NCBI GenBank assembly: GCA_951406725.2
Contig: OX597831.1
Span: 16,616,001 to 16,680,000 of the forward strand
Length of the DNA stretch: 64,000 bases
DNA from: Octopus vulgaris
Lineage: Eukaryota
Direction: 5' to 3'
Shown here in pieces: positions 53,963-64,000 of the stretch. The first letter of the stretch is position 1. Each line of letters begins with the position of its first letter. A program made the translations under genes and the position numbers. The notes under the pieces were generated by a model, which worked only from the letters and a program-made list of their open reading frames with translations, was not told where the DNA came from and searched no databases.

Positions 53963-54391
53963 GAGTGTTTAGATTTCAATACTACTAAAATTATTTTGTA
54001 TAGCTGATAGAATGCGACGTCTTTTAAGTTAAAACGTACGATACAGCTTAACTTTTACCTGGATAAATAAGCAATTTTCGTTGAAATGTTAGTCATAACG
54101 AAGTTAAAATGTGCATTAGAGAAGCTCTATTACACTTAAAATAAATAATCTGAAATAGAAATAATATATTAATTTGTTTTAAGGCACTAAGTCATCTATA
54201 GTCAACACGACATCACCGTGATATTGTCATATTAAGGTTACTTATATATATTCGTATTTAGATAGTAAATATAAGGTAACACATCTTGTCTTCAAGCACT
54301 TAATGAACATCTTTCTGGTCTTCTTTTACAGGTCCATTTTCACTCCGTATATGTTACTGCACTTATGGTGATGCTGAGCAATGTTATATGA
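45394..54391 (+). CDS. Spliced gene, copy 3: divergent paralog (106 aa)
   Basis: Exons 45394-45439, 47620-47707, 49114-49201, 52035-52073, 54332-54391. Joined: [106 protein letters not shown]. All six mature Cys, splice sites and phases are kept, and the second coding exon has an in-frame 6-nt gain. Confidence 0.85.
48655..48933 (-). mobile_element. tRNA-derived SINE, specific to unit 3
   Basis: Reverse complement of a family-A-like head. Flanked by the direct repeat ACCTGTGAGATTG (~48646 and ~48932) and absent at 16726. Confidence 0.75.
49210..50831 (+). mobile_element. Non-autonomous Helitron-like element carrying a LINE ORF1-like fragment (~50000-50640)
   Basis: 5' TC(T)..ATATAAA, 3' hairpin GACCAGGCAACGTCGGGTC then CTAG. 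Inserted at A|T with no TSD compared with the empty site at 17004-17025. Confidence 0.75.
51456..51649. repeat. Perfect ~53 bp inverted repeat enclosing (TA)n
   Basis: CACAAAATTAAGGTGCTAAGTGCCAAGCTTCCTTTTGTCTATTCACGCTTTT ... AAAAGCGTGAATAGACAAAAGGAAGCTTGGCACTTAGCACCTTAATTTTGTG. Confidence 0.9.
51650..51890 (+). mobile_element. tRNA-derived SINE with poly(A) tail
   Basis: TGGCCTAGTGGTTAGGGC..GGTTTCGATTCCC head, 3' end shared with 60078-60125, A-run at 51861-51891. Confidence 0.8.
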
Positions 54392-57239
54392 ATAAAATAT
54401 GTCCTGTTTCAAATGTACATCTATTTCATCGTACTTTTTCTTAATGGAATACCAGTTGCTTATCTTCGAAATCAGCCACAATGTTTTTGAATACCTTGAC
54501 TTCTGTTGAGCATTATTTTTTATGTACCGTCAATGTTTGAGATGTACTTTTCTTTACATAGATTTTTATATTACGTAATGTTCAATGACTACTCGTCTGT
54601 AGGTTTTCTACAGTCTCTCCTATATTAATATTACGTAAACTTGTAATATATACATTGGATTATCCAGTCATGAACGAGAAATGATGTTTCAGGAAAAATA
54701 AAGCGGTAATCATGTTCTATGTACACACAGTCTTATCATATGCGGCCTGCTGTTTACTTGAAATCATTATGGCACATGGAACAAATGGAGGACTCAGTTT
54801 TCTCCAGTGCTTGTGGATCATTTACTATGTGTTCTCTACATAGGAAGGCAAGGCTTGCTTTGTTCAGTTCCGTAAATCCACGATGACGGGCAAAGTTACC
54901 ATTTAGAGGATCAACGTTTTGCATGCGTGGTGCCGATGTTGGAGTCGACTTTGCTCAGAGGGGAAGCAGGACAGTTATCATTCCTGCGTTCTGATGATTC
55001 GTTTTCCGAAGATGTGAAGGGAATGTTTTCGCTTCAGATTGTCTTTTAGTTTGTCTTTGAAGTGGAAGTATCGGCCGTATTAAACTAAAAAAAATAATAA
55101 TTATCGATATAATTATGATTATGAAAGACCGATATAGCAAAAAGTGATAGAGTGCATAAAAAGACATTGCATCCTTTGTTGCTGCTGCAGTATGAAATGT
55201 TATCTCTTGCTACATCGTATAATATTTTCTATTGCATATTATGAATTATGATTTTCGTCTGGCAATCTGGGCTTCTCTGGATTGTCTTAGGTAATCTGCT
55301 GCTGTATTTCTAAAAATGAGCATTAATGAAGGCTTTCATTAATTGGGAGTTTTCAGAGAAATTTATTAAGAGAAATTTTTTTAATAGAGTGAAAATCCAG
55401 AATATGTTTATCTGGTACGTTATGGTAAATACTATACGGAGTAAAATCGTCATAAAAAGGTATTGAAAGAATGTTAAAACATCTTTGGTCACCCGGAATT
55501 TAAATAATACATGATTATAACATTTCGACAGTTGTTGAGGCTGTGAGCTTGAAGAATCATTACTCCGCCCGTTAAATACTCAGCGGCTGATTTCGTCCGT
55601 CTTCACATTATTAGTTTAGATGCTATTTAGATGGGCTTCCTGTTCCAACATTTCGAGGTCGATAATAAATGAACCAGGTGAGTATCAGTGTAGATGTAAA
55701 CGTATTGTCGCTACCAAAATTGCTGGCATTGTCCCAAAATTTCAAACCAATATTTCTATAGGTGTTGTTCATTTGGAATATAACCGTTTTGAGGATCTTA
55801 ATAATGACATAACGTTTGGCAACCCAGCTTTCTTGTACAAAAGTACAACACATATACCACTCTGTGAACATTGGTAAAGGTTTTAAAAGAGATATCCATA
55901 TATTTTAGCAATGTGCGAAAGTTATACATCAAGCTTTCCTTGTAAGTGCTATCCGCCATCTACACCGTGTATCAATCAATCTCAGCCTATCCGCATTTAA
56001 ATTAGGTTATTGCGTTCCAGCTGACATCTTATGACTTGAAGGTTATTCACACAGAAGCATACACACGTATGTACATACGTGTACATGTAGAAAGAATGAA
56101 GTAACAAGAAAGCCGGAGAGAGACGGATGAAATACACGCATCGCCGACAAAAACGGATGCATGTGGGAGCAAAAATGGCCGTTACATGTGAAATTATTGA
56201 TTATAGACGCGCAAACCTAAAATGGTTACAGTGCATATGAATATGCTTCCATAGAGCACCGCAAAAGTATTGAATGATTTTAGATATGATGAAATGTCGT
56301 AACGAAGCATGATTGAATTAGATACAGATTATCAAAATATTTAAATGGGCTATAGATCTCCGCAGAAATGAAAATGAGTTTGTACATTAACTGCTAATCA
56401 TAGGTCTCACCGAGAGGAAATCTGCCAATTTTATTTTCTTAATTTTTACAATTATGGACGTGTGTTGAATATAACAGTGCAAGGGTTTTGGAAAACACCT
56501 AATGTTGGAAAAGCTCAATTCATAGTATGGGAACAGGTGTAAGAACTGGATTTACCCATTACCCATTTTCTCCAAAGTTGGTGTTTCTGAGAAAAGCCCT
56601 TTTTCCTACGATTGAGCTTCTTACTAAACATGCAACACATCAGGTGTTTTACAAGAAGTAAAGGACCTAAATATATCGTATAAATAAGCTCAAAGAATCT
56701 TTAGTGATCCAAATAAAAATGTATGGATGCAAGTTGTTGGAATTTTACGAATAAAAGCATTAAAATACATGCTGATAAATACATCAAATGCATAAATTTC
56801 AGGGGCCTTAGAATACAAATTTGGAAAGACGATTAAATATTTTGTTGTGTAAACACTGAAAATCTTATGTGGACTCTGGTGGGGGCCATATAGACCCCTA
56901 CTTGAAAACCACAGTTGTAATTTATTCTACATACAATTTTCGTTAATAGCATGTGGTTAAGTGCAGTGAATTAAATTTCTGTAATATGATGTCTGTGGTT
57001 TTTCGACTGAAATTTTTTTGTATAAATCTCTGCACAAGTTTATTTCAGAAAAAAACTTTCGTCGGATTAATAGCATTTCCCTTCTTATAGTAGAAGATAG
57101 TTTACAATATCAGTATGTCTCTACAAAACAATGCAGGATCGTAAGGATGTGTACATATCTTACAAAATGTTCAAAATTTAGGTATGTTCGCAAGAGTATA
57201 TATATATATATATATATATATAGTCACTTATTTCCCTAG

Positions 57240-59395
57240 TCATAGATTGGTTGAGCGAAAACCCTAAGATAAATGCCAAAACCTTCACAGGCGAAGAATG
57301 CACCCAACATCAAAGACTGGTAGTTAGCGATTTGAGGATCAGGGATAAATGGATGCCCAAAAGACGACTAGCATGGATGGTAAGTATCTGGAAGCTTAAA
57401 TATCCTGCAAATAAACAGATATTTAGAGACGTATTTCCCGAAGATTTTGACGAAATAGAAGGAGATATAGCTTCACATGATGTGGAAGACAACTGGAAAT
57501 TTCTACGGGACAACCTGCTGAGGACCACTGACCAGATCTGTGGACGGTACAAATACCCCTCACGACCCAAAATTACGTGGCGGTGGAACAATTTTCTTGA
57601 CAGGGCTAGTAAAGAAAAGAAGCAAGCTTTGAAAGACTGGAAGAACGGCGGTTGCAGGGAATTGTATAAGACTGCCAGAAGGGAAGCTAGGAGACAGGTA
57701 TATTTAACCAGAGGGGAAGCAGATAAGAAAAAAATTACCAATGTTCTTCGCCATGAAGACCAAAGACTTGGGGTATTTCGTACTGCAAGACAGTGTGTGA
57801 AAGTGAATGGTGACGTAGGAGAGAAATGTGTCCGTATGGATGATGGTTCACTTGCACTAAACGAGTCTGCAAACAGAGCGGTTTGGAGACACAACTATGA
57901 AAGTTTGCTCAATAAAGAGAATGTATGAGAGAAAGAGAGTTTGCTGAATGTCGACCCAACAGAGGGACCAGCAATCCAAATTGACAGTACCTTGGTAGAT
58001 ATAACAATTAAGAGTATGAAGACAGGAAAAGCCACCAGACTATCAGGAATCACCGCAGAGATACTCAAAACATCTGGTGGCGTTTTGTATAGCCTAGTCA
58101 CCCGTATAGTTAACTAGGTGATACACAAATGAGTGATACCCAATAACTGGTGTAGCAGCACCATAGTCGACTGCTTCAAAGATAAAGGTGATACTTTAGA
58201 TACAAATAATTACAGAGGTATCAAGTTTTTGGATCAGGTAATGAAAGTCACGGAGAGGGTCGTAGCGCAACTAATTAGGGAGAGAGTCAGTTTAAATGAG
58301 ATGCAGTTTGGGTTCGTGCCAAGGAAAAGCACCATAGAAGCTATATTTCTGGTAAGATAGTTGCAGGCGAAAGACCTAGCCAAAGATATACCTCTGTACC
58401 TGGCTTTCTTTGACATGAAGAATTCTTTTGACAGGGTCCCCCGATTCTTTATCTGGTGGTCAATGAGGAAACTAGGGATAGATGAGAGGTTAGTGAGAGC
58501 TGTGCAAGCCATGTACAGGGACGCTGTCAGTAAGGTGTGGGTTGGCAACGAAAATTCTGGGTAGAGGTAGGGGTCCACCAGGTTTCAGTCCTCAGCCCCC
58601 CTCCTATTTATCATAGACCCCAGGAAATAGCAGAGGAATTCAAAACAGAAACGTTGGACATAAGAAGCATCAGATGTGGTGTGTAAGTGAGATGACTGCG
58701 CTGGTAGGGTCATGTGGAGAGAATAAATGACGATAATTGTGCGAAGTGCCTCACCCTAGCGGTTGAGTGAACCTGTGGAAGAGGTAGACCAAGGAAGATC
58801 TGGGATGAGGTGGTGAAGCACACCTTCGAAATTTAGACCTCCTACATGCAATGACTAGTGGCCGAGACCTTTGCAAATATGCTGTGCTTGAGAAGAACCG
58901 GCAATCCAAGTGAGTCCATAACCCGTGATCTCACTTGTCTTGCATAACTGGCATCCGTGCCAGTGGAGCGCTAAAAGCACCATAAGTGCCTGATCGTTGC
59001 CAAAGCAGCTGACTGGCTTCTGTGCGGGTGGCACGTAAAGAGCACCATTCCAGCGTGATCGTTACCAGCATAGCCTTACTGGTACTAGTGCTGGTGGCAC
59101 ATAAAAAGATATTCGAACAAGGCCGTTGCCAGTGCCATTGGACGTGCTCCTGTGAGGGTGGCACGTAAAATCACAATTTGAGCGTAGCCTTTGCCAGTAC
59201 CGCCCTACTGGCCCTACGTAGATGTCACCACTACACTCTCGGAGTGGTTGGCGTTAGGAAGGGCACCCAGCTGTAGAAAGCCTGCCAGATCTGATTGGCG
59301 CCTGGTACGGCCTTCTGGTTCGCCAGTCTTCAGTCAAATCACCTAACCCATGCCAGCATGGAAAGCAAACGTTAAACAATGATGATGATGATCCG
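57240..59395 (+). mobile_element. Degenerate RTE-type LINE fragment with 3' UTR
   Basis: Fragments QHQRLVV, NNYRGIKFL..QFGFVP..STIEAIF, LAFFDMKNSFDRVPR and GRGRPRKIW, with a (GAT)n tail at ~59380. Confidence 0.85.
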
Positions 59396-59406
59396 GCTAT
59401 AAACAC

Positions 59407-59483
<77 letters not shown>

Positions 59484-59736
59484 TGTATATGTATGTAGGC
59501 ATATTCTATTGTATATTACATACATATATATATATGCATAAATATCCGTCAATAAAATACGTATGACGGAACTGCATTAATGGGATTACCGACGTAATGC
59601 ATGCATGCTTTCTGCGTTTACATATATAGGTATGTCACCCCTTTACTCCACGACAGTAATTATGATATAGCTGTACATATAGTTATAAAGAAGGTACCTA
59701 CAAATTCGCTTTGTCATATGTACTGATGTATATTAT

Positions 59737-60143
59737 GCGCAGGAGTGGCTGTGTGGTAAGTAGCTTGCTAACCAACCACATGGTTCCGGGTTCAGTCCCA
59801 CTGCGTGGCAACTTGGGCAAGTGTCTTCTGCTATAGCCCCGGGCCTACCAATGTCTTGTGAGTGGATTTGGTAGACGGAAACTGAAAGAAGCCTGTCGTA
59901 TATATGTATATATATATATGTGTGTGTGTTTGTGTGTCTGTGTTTGTCCCCCTAGCATTGCTTGACAACCGATGCTGGTGTGTTTACGTCCCCGTCACTT
60001 AGCGGTTCGGCAAAAAAGAGACCGATAGAATAAGTCCTGGGCTTACAAAGAATAAGTCCCGGGGTCGATTTGCTCGTCTAAAGGCGGTGCTCCAGCATGG
60101 CCGCAGTCAAATGACTGAAACAAGTAAAAGAGTAAAAGAGTAA
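59737..60143 (+). mobile_element. tRNA-derived SINE (family D); degenerate heads at ~23731-23850 and ~41650-41768
   Basis: TGGCTGTGTGGTAAG A box, GGGTTCAGTCCC B box, (AAAGAGT)n tail. Confidence 0.8.
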
Positions 60144-60405
60144 TATGTTTTATTAATGTTAATATATGAAATATTTTATTCTCGCCTGCGCGATCATAAA
60201 CTAAACAAATGACATAGTTTGCTCCAAATGTCGTCAGAATATAATAATCAATTAACTACGTGATCATAAATAATTTTGAAACCGTAAAATATATTGCAAT
60301 AACAGTCCATACGTTATAATACATATCAATCCATCTAATAAGGGGAAAATATGTGTGGTCATAACAGATAAATCAACGTGGATTCGACATATTCATCACC
60401 GCAAA

Positions 60406-63669
<3,264 letters not shown>

Positions 63670-64000
63670 GTATATATGATATTACGGCTACTATTACCAC
63701 ATATATTATTATATAGTAATTTCTTTATATCAAACCTATTACTAACATTCCTTGTAGTCTTACACTACGTGAAATAAATGTACTGGACTTCGTAAGTGCC
63801 ATCCACAGAAGTAATTAAGAGTTATCTAACATATGGATATAATAGTTGTTAAATACGATTGTTATCATCGTTCGAGCTCATTGTTATTCGTGAATTAGTG
63901 TACGGAAACGCATTCTGGTATGGCTTTTGTAAATGTTCTTCCTGTTATATTAAAAGTATAGTGACTTTCTCCATATACATTAAAAGAATGTTGGTACTCC

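Noticed and set aside
55630-55760. Apparent exon ag|ATGGGC..CCAG|gtgagt and ORF 55620-55877
   Set aside because: It resembles a decayed SINE body (GGTCGATAA..ACCAG..AAATTGCTGGC..CCAAAATTT), and the ATG frame has an in-frame stop.

Overview
This is AT-rich, repeat-dense eukaryotic genomic DNA. The SINE families and the abundance of (TA)n/(AAT)n suggest a cephalopod (octopus-like) genome, which is an inference. The ORF track mostly reports microsatellite noise and transposon pieces. The real host content is a tandem cluster of small multi-exon genes on the + strand that the track does not resolve. Three genes are complete (7840-24567, 31364-42435, 45394-54391) and a fourth, more distant paralog starts at 60406 and runs past the window end. 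The complete genes encode 104-106 aa proteins with a signal peptide, a six-cysteine domain and a GPI-signal-like tail. Copies 1 and 2 encode identical proteins. Copy 3 has identical signal-exon and tail sequences but only about 44% identity across the three middle exons. Introns and spacers hold a degenerate R4/Dong LINE nested in a SINE's (AAT)n tract, RTE LINEs, mariner and Penelope remnants, Helitron-like elements and tRNA-derived SINEs. They also hold several inverted-repeat Penelope-type elements with type I hammerhead ribozyme motifs, including a ~560 bp tandem retrozyme-like array.
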